Shown piece by piece: positions 18,952 to 25,955 of a stretch of 37,003 nt of DNA; the stretch's first letter is position 1; each line of letters opens with the position of its first letter. This DNA comes from a virus (Duplodnaviria; Caudoviricetes). Below the pieces are notes generated by a model, which saw only the letters and a program-made list of their open reading frames with translations, made no database searches and was not told where the DNA came from. The position numbers were made by a program, and so were the translations under genes. The stretch is taken from the IMG/VR virus record IMGVR_UViG_3300025888_000020, positions 1 to 37,003 of that record. One strand, written 5' to 3'.

Positions 18952-20217
18952 TTAGAAGCTGAAATTATTCATGTTCAATTTCTCAGATGCGTATCTCATC
19001 GCGTCGAGAAGATGGTTATACTCGTTTACAGGTTCGTTGAGCACTCTGCCGTCTTTATCCTTGTCCCAAATATAGTTACTTAACTCGACTAGAGTGTTAG
19101 GGCACGAAGGATGTACGAATATCTTCCAGTCCTGCAATTTCTGTATACCGGCATGGATAGAGTCTGGCCCTTTCTTAGCAGGACGTATTCTCTGTATGCC
19201 TGCAACACGAACCTCTTCGATTGACTTGGGCTCTGCGCTGTCTGCTGTAATTAAGCAACCACCGAAGCCCATGGCCTGGATTTCTTTAGCGATCATATCG
19301 TTTGTCATCTTATACTTATAAGACTCTTTGAATACGTACAATTCTTTCTTTCTAGGATCCGCCATGACTGCTATAATAGCATTCGGGTCATTTGAGAAGC
19401 CCCAATCCAGTCCAAACAGTTCTTGGAAGTAGGGTCGGTCGTGTTTGTCTGTTCTGTTCCTGAACTCTTGTATGTTGAAGTCCAGCTCTTGCCAGTTGGT
19501 AAAGACGAGTCCTTCCGCAATACCCCAGCCGCCTAATCCCTCGATGAAGTAACGCCGGGAGTTCTTAAGTTTCATCTCATCAAATACTTCTATGTCCGCA
19601 GCATCCAAGAATTCGTTGCACATGTAATTCGTAGTCAAGCATAATAAGTTCTTACGCTCTCCGCGATCGTACGCATCGAAGAATCTCTTTTTGATCCATA
19701 TATTTTCTGACCAGGGGTTAAATGTAAAGGTTATCTGTTTGAAGTATCCTTCGGGGACAGCGCCACGAATAGACAAGTCGAGTTTGTTGAACTCTTCTTC
19801 GTTGGACATCTGGAATGCTTCTTCCATCCATACCCAGCAAAGGAATCCTATTTCAACTGTTATAGAAGTAATGGACTGCGGATCATCGAAACCTCTGAAT
19901 ATTATCTTCTGTCCTGTGGGCAGGTATACTAATTCGAGAGGATTCATTGTCGCTTTCCATAAGTGCTTTACACGTAATCTACCTATGGCCCATTTCAACT
20001 GCGCGAATGTCGAGTCTCTATGAGTATTGAAGTATCGACGCACGACTACCGTATTGGCGAGAGGATACTTCATCATATTATATATATACCATAATGCAGT
20101 AGTGCAGGACTTCTTAGAACCACGCCCGCCTTTTAGACATCTGTAACGACCTCTAAAGTTCCAAAATTCTTTGTACCCCTTGCCAACAGTGTTTACGAGG
20201 TTCACTCTTATAGCCAT
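18952..20217 (-). CDS. terL: Terminase large subunit, PBSX family
   Basis: KGGRGSKKS Walker A, WMEEA Walker [30 protein letters not shown]. Confidence 0.95.
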   Translation of the reverse strand: MAIRVNLVNTVGKGYKEFWNFRGRYRCLKGGRGSKKSCTTALWYIYNMMKYPLANTVVVRRYFNTHRDSTFAQLKWAIGRLRVKHLWKATMNPLELVYLPTGQKIIFRGFDDPQSITSITVEIGFLCWVWMEEAFQMSNEEEFNKLDLSIRGAVPEGYFKQITFTFNPWSENIWIKKRFFDAYDRGERKNLLCLTTNYMCNEFLDAADIEVFDEMKLKNSRRYFIEGLGGWGIAEGLVFTNWQELDFNIQEFRNRTDKHDRPYFQELFGLDWGFSNDPNAIIAVMADPRKKELYVFKESYKYKMTNDMIAKEIQAMGFGGCLITADSAEPKSIEEVRVAGIQRIRPAKKGPDSIHAGIQKLQDWKIFVHPSCPNTLVELSNYIWDKDKDGRVLNEPVNEYNHLLDAMRYASEKLNMNNFSF

Positions 20218-20218
20218 A

Positions 20219-20971
20219 TTAAGCGTACCTCCAAGTTAATTTGTAAGCTGTCTTTTGATCGCCTCTACAGCACGCATTGATATTTCCTGTCTGCGGATTC
20301 ATGTGTCCCGTAAATCTTTCTGCTTCTGCGCAAGAACTAAATACTTGATTAGTTTCTACGCAAACACATTTCCTAACCACAGGAGGATTTGCACGCAATG
20401 CAGCAGACTGTTTTTGTCTAGTCTCTGCAGACAACACCTTACCTAAATTAGCTGCTCTTATTTTTTGTTTTGTTTCTTCTTTACATATCTTAGGAGGATA
20501 ACATCCTTCAGCCCATCTCTGTTTAACTGCTTCCCTTATTTTATCTCGAGTGATAGTATCTACAGTATGCCCCATCTTGGTAGCTGATGTATTAGGATAC
20601 TTTCTTCCGATTCTTCCTGCGCTTAGTTTAGCTCTGGTTTCAAGAGACATTGAATTAGTCTCTCCTCCATTTGATACATTATAACCATAGTTCACATGCT
20701 GTGTATTGAGTTGCTGTATGAATGTCTGTTCTTGTCTACATGCTTCTTCTTTTGTAAGATCCTGTGCCAGTATTTCGTGAGATATATTATCCCAACCGTA
20801 TTTTAGCACAGCACGACCAAACACCTGTTCGTTATATCCTCGTCCTCCGTCCCACCTTATATTAGGACTAAGTCGAGTTATTCCGATGTAGTGTTTACCT
20901 GATGGTGTAGTGTGCTTATAAACACAATACCCTTTGCCGATGGTCTGTGGAAGATTAATCCGTATCGCCAT
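20219..20971 (-). CDS. GIY-YIG homing endonuclease (NUMOD3 repeats, C-terminal NUMOD1-like HTH) with a TerL-like N-terminus
   Basis: [18 protein letters not shown]; repeated ETRAKLS/ETKQKIR/ETRQKQS; [16 protein letters not shown]...CCRG...WRYA. Confidence 0.9.
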   Translation of the reverse strand: MAIRINLPQTIGKGYCVYKHTTPSGKHYIGITRLSPNIRWDGGRGYNEQVFGRAVLKYGWDNISHEILAQDLTKEEACRQEQTFIQQLNTQHVNYGYNVSNGGETNSMSLETRAKLSAGRIGRKYPNTSATKMGHTVDTITRDKIREAVKQRWAEGCYPPKICKEETKQKIRAANLGKVLSAETRQKQSAALRANPPVVRKCVCVETNQVFSSCAEAERFTGHMNPQTGNINACCRGDQKTAYKLTWRYA

Positions 20972-20977
20972 GCTGCA

Positions 20978-21244
20978 TTAATCCTCGCTATCTAGCGGTT
21001 GTACCTGCTGCTGCATTTCCATTTGATACTCATGTCGCTTGCCGTCGATGTATCCTAAATAATAAGAGTTATCGCACTCGTATCCGCACACCGAGCAAAT
21101 AAACCGAAATGTCTTATTAGGTTGTACATTGAATATATGTCCTGTGCATTTACTCTTCTTGTCGTTGTTCGCGTTTATCTTCTCGCATATCTGAATACAA
21201 CTATCATCGAACCCTTGCTCTTTCATTCTTTCTATATTGAACAT
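20978..21244 (-). CDS. Small hypothetical protein, possible zinc ribbon
   Basis: CTGH and CSVC motifs; AAGGAG RBS. Confidence 0.6.
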   Translation of the reverse strand: MFNIERMKEQGFDDSCIQICEKINANNDKKSKCTGHIFNVQPNKTFRFICSVCGYECDNSYYLGYIDGKRHEYQMEMQQQVQPLDSED

Positions 21245-21322
21245 ATACTCTTATACTCCTTTATGAGGACCCAAATTTTTTCCGGGGGCGAACGAAGTGA
21301 GAAGAACTCTACCCTCATACGT

Positions 21323-21350
21323 ATTATAGCATCTAGTTCCTTTATGTATA
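21323..21350 (-). promoter_or_regulatory. Possible promoter of the packaging/morphogenesis operon
   Basis: Minus strand TATACA-N16-TATAAT with TG extended -10. Confidence 0.45.
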
Positions 21351-21359
21351 GAGTAAATC

Positions 21360-21518
21360 CGAGTAATTCTTATGTTTATTTGGGACCGAGAGACTCCTCG
21401 CAGTTATACGTACAATAGCATCCGAGGAATCCTCTACGTTATACATACGAGTATTACTCGGTCAGGTATATATACGAGAAAAAATTACCGAGAGAGGTTT
21501 ATGTTCGAGAATATATCG
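21360..21518. repeat. Array of imperfect CGAG-N5-CTCG palindromes
   Basis: CGAG starts at 21360, 21387, 21423, 21448 (CGAGTATTACTCG, the best palindrome), 21475, 21489 and 21506. Confidence 0.55.
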
Positions 21519-21624
21519 TGAAGGACTATCTCGCCCCGATCGGCCGCGTCTCGGTCCCACCCCCCTATCACCCTCATTTTCGGTGTTCCGCATCTACACC
21601 TGCATGGGTGCCTAAGCTACATGG

Positions 21625-21709
21625 TTATCCACATCTAGATACCAGTTATCCACATGTCTTACAAGGTTATACACAGGTAGCCTGTATCTCCTGTGGATTA
21701 TGTGGATAA
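21625..21709. promoter_or_regulatory. DnaA-box cluster, candidate replication origin or DnaA-controlled site
   Basis: TTATCCACA 21625 and 21646, TTATACACA 21667, inverted TGTGGATTA 21692 and TGTGGATAA 21701. Confidence 0.75.
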
Positions 21710-21784
21710 CTGCTATAAATACGGATATCCTATAGTAGATAAGCATGCAGTAGAACGCCTATCTATGGCACTCTTGCCTGTATA

Positions 21785-21832
21785 ACGTACATCAATTAAA
21801 CAAAATAGTTATTTTATTTAATTGGTGTATGT
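21785..21832. repeat. AT-rich inverted repeat with 23 bp arms
   Basis: ACGTACATCAATTAAACAAAATA-GT-TATTTTATTTAATTGGTGTATGT; 20/23 Watson-Crick plus 2 G-T. Confidence 0.8.
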
Positions 21833-22191
21833 ATAACTGCATGGCGGTATCTATATAGACAGGCGCTGCGTGCCACGACGTCGGCGTCTAAGGTAGGTAG
21901 ACAGTACGATACCTATAACATCCATGTCCATATAGCAGACGCGCGTCTTGTGCACTGCATCTCCACAGTAAAGCGCTTGCATGCAGTAGATCCAGTGTGT
22001 AGGCAGTACGTAGACGTGCTGGTTTGTAATACATACATACCAGCTCGCATGCGTGTATAGTGCTACAACCGCGCACAAGGCGTTATACGGCTATGTATGT
22101 ATAACTGCGGTATGTTTGTATTACTGCTCGGTTTCGTAGCTGTATCAACCAACGTCGTGTGTAGAGTAGCTGTATCTGTAGTTATACTGGT

Positions 22192-22213
22192 ATATACAGC
22201 TATAGCTGTATAT
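22192..22213. repeat. Perfect 22 bp palindrome
   Basis: ATATACAGCTA|TAGCTGTATAT. Confidence 0.9.
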
Positions 22214-22443
22214 GACCCTTTTCTCTGCCGCGGCCTTTCGCCCTGCCTTTTCCGCTGCATGACGTGGATTGTACCTATTGCTATAGCCGTAGAACGCACG
22301 AGATTGGTTTATAAGGTGCATGTAAGTTATACATATAAATATACCCGTCTTTTACCGTCGCGGGCGTTATACAGGTTTCTGCCGCTATCTCGGCGTAGAT
22401 CGTAATGGTTTCGCTACTGCATGCAGTTCTCTGTTTTGGCCAT

Positions 22444-22480
22444 AAAAAAAAGTAGCACGCTTGGTGGCGTGCTACTTTTT
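22444..22480 (-). terminator. Intrinsic terminator, probably bidirectional
   Basis: A8-GTAGCACGC-TTGGTG-GCGTGCTAC-T5, 3' of the minus-strand two-ORF unit. Confidence 0.8.
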
Positions 22481-22497
22481 GCAGTGTACTGGGTTTT

Positions 22498-22563
22498 TTA
22501 GACAGTAAGGGCATAATAAAATTCTACTGCCCAAAATCTAAATACGTGTAAAATGTGTTTCAT
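22498..22563 (-). CDS. 21-aa peptide MKHILHVFRFWAVEFYYALTV
   Basis: AGGAGG-N7-ATG; lies between the Ala-rich ORF and the terminator. Confidence 0.5.
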   Translation of the reverse strand: MKHILHVFRFWAVEFYYALTV

Positions 22564-22597
22564 TTTGGTACCTCCTAATGTGGCTATGTTTTGGCAG

Positions 22598-23068
22598 TTA
22601 CTTGGCGGTAGGTTTGGCAGGTGCTACGACGGGCGCTGCAACTGCGGGCTTGACAGGCGTTGTAAGTGCGGCGGCTACGACTGTGGCAGCTTTGGCGGCG
22701 TCTGCTGTGGCTTCAGCGGCTACTGCGGTAATAACGGCGGCCTTGGCGGTTTTGATACTGGTGAACGATTGTACGGCGAGCGTTGCAGTTGACAGCACGT
22801 AGAAAGAGTACGATTTGCTGGCATTGTAATACATTGTGATGACAAGGTAATTGTGGCTGACGTGAGCGGCGAAAGCAAAACAATTTTTGAGGGCGGTTAA
22901 CTGGGCCATGCACTTGGCGTTGATATTGGCGGCGAAAACACTATTTGCAGCGAGGAGCGTTTTCTTGCTATTGTAGGCAACAAAGGCGGCGGCACTGCTG
23001 GCGGACTGCTGGTTAGCTACGAGATCGGCAAGTGTAAGAGTGGCGTTGGCGTTTACTAAGTTTGACAT
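22598..23068 (-). CDS. Ala-rich hypothetical protein, 156 aa
   Basis: AGGAGG RBS before ATG 23068 (MSNLVNANAT...), promoter upstream and terminator downstream. Confidence 0.75.
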   Translation of the reverse strand: MSNLVNANATLTLADLVANQQSASSAAAFVAYNSKKTLLAANSVFAANINAKCMAQLTALKNCFAFAAHVSHNYLVITMYYNASKSYSFYVLSTATLAVQSFTSIKTAKAAVITAVAAEATADAAKAATVVAAALTTPVKPAVAAPVVAPAKPTAK

Positions 23069-23185
23069 GTGAAACCTCCTAGGTGGTGACACGCGGCTTT
23101 CGGCGGCGTGCTGCATGCAACTTTACGAATGGCGGCATGCAGGTAGTTTTGGTGGGTGCGTTTCAAAGTACACTGTATGATTAAC

Positions 23186-23214
23186 ACGATAACAGGTGTA
23201 TGTATAACTTGCAA
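23186..23214 (-). promoter_or_regulatory. Leftward sigma-A-like promoter
   Basis: TTGCAA-N17-TATCGT with TG extended -10, followed by CATACAGT. Confidence 0.6.
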
Positions 23215-23373
23215 GCGTTTTTCATAAATCTTTTTAATTTATTTTTTGACCTGTTTATTTGGAGATTCGTACGTTCACCTTTTTATTGGATTTTCGCCGT
23301 TGTTTTAATATGTATTATACGCACGTTACAATACTATTAATACAGCCCGCCATTCTCGCCGCGCTGCGTGCGT

Positions 23374-23420
23374 GCTGCATGCGGTTTGTTGCGCTGCATG
23401 CGGTTTGTTGCGCTGCGTGC
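23374..23420 (+). repeat. 19 bp tandem repeat, about 2.5 copies
   Basis: GCTGCATGCGGTTTGTTGC at 23374 and 23393, then GCTGCGTGC. Confidence 0.85.
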
Positions 23421-23460
23421 ATTTTCAGCCGTGCTCGCCGCACTGCATTATTAGGCCGGC

Positions 23461-23469
23461 TGTGGATAA
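23461..23469 (-). promoter_or_regulatory. Single perfect DnaA box
   Basis: TGTGGATAA in non-coding DNA. Confidence 0.5.
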
Positions 23470-23685
23470 CTTTAGAGGTAGATTCTGTGATTTTTGAGCC
23501 ACTTTTCTCTCTCTTTCAAAGGCGTTGAGTTTTTCACGTTGATAACATTTTTCAGCAATGCAAAGAAAAATTCTCAGACATTTTCGGAGACTCTCTCTGT
23601 CACACACGTTCTCCCTGAAGCATTTACGAAGTTTCAAGAGTGCCTAGTATACCACGTCTTGAATGGAGTCTAAAAATAAATATGC

Positions 23686-23714
23686 TTGTTTATGTATTTT
23701 ATGTATGTTATACT
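23686..23714 (+). promoter_or_regulatory. Rightward early promoter
   Basis: TTGTTT-N17-TATACT with TG extended -10, A-rich upstream, followed by CATACAGT as in the leftward promoter. Confidence 0.65.
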
Positions 23715-23770
23715 GTATACATACAGTAAGGTATAAGTTAATCCTAAATAATAAGAAGGAGGTAGTCATT

Positions 23771-23878
23771 ATGTTAGCCTATAAATACAGTGATAACGCA
23801 GGACGTGTAGAGTATGACGACGAACATCAAGGCCTTTACGGAAAAGAAGAATCATTTATCTTTACTAAGGAGGACTAG
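23771..23878 (+). CDS. Small hypothetical protein, 35 aa
   Basis: AAGGAGG RBS before ATG 23771 (MLAYKYSDNAGRVEY...). Confidence 0.6.
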   Translation: MLAYKYSDNAGRVEYDDEHQGLYGKEESFIFTKED

Positions 23879-23881
23879 AAA

Positions 23882-24064
23882 ATGAAATACACAGTAGAGC
23901 TCACAATGACAGTCAAGTTTGATGTAGAGGGCGATGATGTAGCAGAGGCTTTTGACACCGCAAAAAATACTCCTATTTATCCGGACATGATGCGATTAAA
24001 ACCTGCCGCAACCAAAATGAAAGATTCGTTTGGAAATAACATAGACATTAGAAATCTCATGTAA
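23882..24064 (+). CDS. Small hypothetical protein, DpnD/PcfM-like pattern
   Basis: MKYTVELTMTVKFDVEGDDVAEA; AGGAGG RBS. Confidence 0.6.
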   Translation: MKYTVELTMTVKFDVEGDDVAEAFDTAKNTPIYPDMMRLKPAATKMKDSFGNNIDIRNLM

Positions 24065-24087
24065 AAAATATAAAGGAGAATAAGAAA

Positions 24088-24240
24088 ATGGAAAAAACAA
24101 AAGCAGAGATCATGGAAATTGTATGGGCAATGCGACAAACACAGAAATTAACCGAGGCAATGACAGGTGTACGCTTTACCGATAAGGAAATGGTAGACTT
24201 TAATGGATTGCCCGCAGAAGTGCTCAACTATTGTAACTAA
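24088..24240 (+). CDS. Small hypothetical protein, 50 aa
   Basis: Below the ORF-track cutoff; AAGGAG RBS; MEKTKAEIMEIVWAMRQTQKL...LNYCN. Confidence 0.6.
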   Translation: MEKTKAEIMEIVWAMRQTQKLTEAMTGVRFTDKEMVDFNGLPAEVLNYCN

Positions 24241-24244
24241 GTTC

Positions 24245-24304
24245 CTATAGACAGAGAACAGGAAGCAGGCGTACTATTGTCTGCTTCCGCACCTGTGTCA
24301 ATAG
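24245..24304 (+). other. Intergenic extended hairpin
   Basis: Outer CTATAGACA/TGTCAATAG, inner GGAAGCAGGC/GTCTGCTTCC; no U-tract. Confidence 0.6.
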
Positions 24305-24334
24305 TATCTAAATAAAAGGAAAGGAGGTACTAAT

Positions 24335-24652
24335 ATGAAAAACATAGCAAAAATAGACGACACTTTAATTGCCGCGAAAGACTCTGTCAACCTTAGAAAA
24401 ACAGCTATAGAACTATTTGAAGCAAAGGAAGAGAATGCAAGAGAATATTGGGGTGTAGGCGAGACAAAGGTAACTCACATTTATTACACACTAGATTGGA
24501 ATAAGACAGAATTAAACGGCGAACATGGCAGAATGGGCGACATGATTGGACTTAGATACGAAGATGATTCCTATACTCTTTTCGTAAAAGGTCATGTTTA
24601 TGAAGTTCCTGCAGAAATGCTACTCATTATGTCTATCATGGAGGAAAGCTAA
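24335..24652 (+). CDS. Hypothetical protein
   Basis: 105 aa ORF with AAGGAGG RBS. Confidence 0.75.
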   Translation: MKNIAKIDDTLIAAKDSVNLRKTAIELFEAKEENAREYWGVGETKVTHIYYTLDWNKTELNGEHGRMGDMIGLRYEDDSYTLFVKGHVYEVPAEMLLIMSIMEES

Positions 24653-24653
24653 T

Positions 24654-24794
24654 ATGTTAAAGATAGCCATTGTTATTGGGATGTGTACAGCACTCGCACT
24701 GTTTCTTACCTGGTTCTTTTGGTCTATCCAGAAAGAAATGGAAAACGACAAAGATGAGACAATTGATTTAAGAAATAATAAGGAGGACAAGTAA
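24654..24794 (+). CDS. Small membrane protein, 46 aa
   Basis: GGAGG RBS; MLKIAIVIGMCTALALFLTWFFWSI followed by a charged tail. Confidence 0.6.
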   Translation: MLKIAIVIGMCTALALFLTWFFWSIQKEMENDKDETIDLRNNKEDK

Positions 24795-25157
24795 ATGAGT
24801 AGAGAAGAAGAATTACACGTAGAATTGGCAAGACTGGCAAGAATGGACGCTATTGTAAAAAGAGAAGCCGCTATAATGTCCTCAATCCTTTCTCTTCTGT
24901 CGGATGGAATGGGACTTGAAGCACTATACGGGTTGAATGAGACATTGTCAGAGAATCCGGATTTGGAACAGACAGTTTTTATAGAAGACGGAGACGGCGA
25001 AGAAACAGAAGAAACAGTACTTCCTGAAGTACGTGCAGGTGTTATAAGCAATCTTGGAACTATATGTGCCTTTGATCTTGTATACAGAGACTATAAAACA
25101 GATGAAATAAACGAGACACATAAATTCATTCTGGAAATAAGAGAGATTATCGAATAA
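24795..25157 (+). CDS. Acidic hypothetical protein
   Basis: 120 aa, Glu/Asp-rich; AGGAGG RBS. Confidence 0.7.
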   Translation: MSREEELHVELARLARMDAIVKREAAIMSSILSLLSDGMGLEALYGLNETLSENPDLEQTVFIEDGDGEETEETVLPEVRAGVISNLGTICAFDLVYRDYKTDEINETHKFILEIREIIE

Positions 25158-25197
25158 TTAATCGGAATCACAATCAGATATAGATAAATCAACAGAG

Positions 25198-25224
25198 GAT
25201 AGAGCAGCAATGCTCTATCTTTTT
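25198..25224 (+). terminator. Intrinsic terminator
   Basis: GATAGAGCA-GCAA-TGCTCTATC-TTTTT. Confidence 0.85.
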
Positions 25225-25240
25225 GTTTGAGAGCTTATAG

Positions 25241-25263
25241 CTGAAGCATTTGGCTGAAGTATT
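25241..25263 (+). repeat. Dispersed motif CTGAAGCATTTGGCTGAAG(C/T)ATT, candidate operator
   Basis: 22/23 identical to 31168-31190; CTCCCTGAAGCATTT is shared by 23611-23625 and 31164-31178. Confidence 0.7.
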
Positions 25264-25334
25264 CAAGGAGTAATAAACGATTACGTAATCCTTCGATAAT
25301 CGCATTAACTAGATTCGAAACACCTGTGTTATCA

Positions 25335-25692
25335 TTAAAGTAGCATCATATAGTATATGGTGACAGCGCCACCTGTGCTCCTTTCTCCGTTATGTTCTAC
25401 ACGCTGTGTAACTACACAGTTTGTCCCACAAAAACGTCTAAGCAGCCTACCAGCGCGTCGTATCTTGCAAACTTAATATAGAGATCGCTTTATACTCTTC
25501 TTCTATCCGCTGTTATTGAAGGCGGCTAGTAAGTAAGTTCGTCATAGACGACAGGAGCCAACAACCATGCCAATGTGCATGAGGAAATGAGCGATAGATA
25601 GTACTTATACGAAATGCAGGAAACCAATAATTCTAAGCATTAGGTTTACCGAAACCTGCAGATTGTAAACGTACTATCCGATGCTACATTAA
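25335..25692 (+). ncRNA. Candidate structured non-coding leader RNA
   Basis: No ORF of 60 aa or more on the plus strand; multiple hairpins including nested 25597-25678 (GATAGTAC/GTACTATC, TGCAGG/CCTGCA, AAACC/GGTTT). Confidence 0.5.
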
Positions 25693-25955
25693 ACATAGAT
25701 ACCTTGGTAGCGAAATAAGGAGCTGAAACCGCAGTGACACGGAGGCGACGTAAATTATGGAACCAACAGTACGTGTAAAAGATAATCGGAAAATAATTAT
25801 TTCTAAACAAACACCACGCTTCTTTATAGACAAAATTGATCTCGGAATTGCTCGCGCACAGAGCGATGCAATGCGTAAAAACATAAACCGAAAATAGACA
25901 GAACAATCGGAATGTTTCAGCTTCTTATTTCGTTACCAAGGCATCAAATGTTTAA
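25689..25955 (+). repeat. Long-range inverted repeat IR1 (arms 25689-25729 / 25914-25955)
   Basis: 28 bp core CCTTGGTAGCGAAATAAGGAGCTGAAAC / GTTTCAGCTTCTTATTTCGTTACCAAGG = 26 Watson-Crick + 2 G-U; outer TTAAACAT/ATGTTTAA. Confidence 0.92.
25757..25897 (+). CDS. Basic 46-aa peptide inside IR1
   Basis: GGAGG at 25741; MEPTVRVKDNRKIIISKQTPRFFIDKIDLGIARAQSDAMRKNINRK. Confidence 0.55.
   Translation: MEPTVRVKDNRKIIISKQTPRFFIDKIDLGIARAQSDAMRKNINRK

Noticed and set aside
18460-19017. Group I intron or intein in terL
   Set aside because: The segment between the duplicated ends is almost entirely ORF, leaving no room for a ribozyme core, and TerL is already complete with no intein-like insertion.
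21518-22514. Short ORFs from the track in the control island
   Set aside because: No convincing SD, Cys/Tyr-rich low-complexity translations, and overlap with DnaA boxes and palindromes.
25465-25496. TTGCAA...TATACT promoter
   Set aside because: The spacer is 20 bp, too long for sigma-A.
25611-25661. Group I intron P/Q-like elements (AAATGCAGGAAA ... AAACCTGCAG)
   Set aside because: It resembles a P4-P5 domain, but I could not find matching R/S (P7) elements or an interrupted host gene. Only an Infernal search would settle it.
25689-25955. MITE with TTAA target, or CRISPR repeat/tracrRNA mimic
   Set aside because: TTAA is simply part of the palindrome, no second copy or transposase is seen, and three unrelated neighbouring stems show the same arrangement. 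The GTTTCA...GAAAC likeness to CRISPR repeats is short and there is no array.
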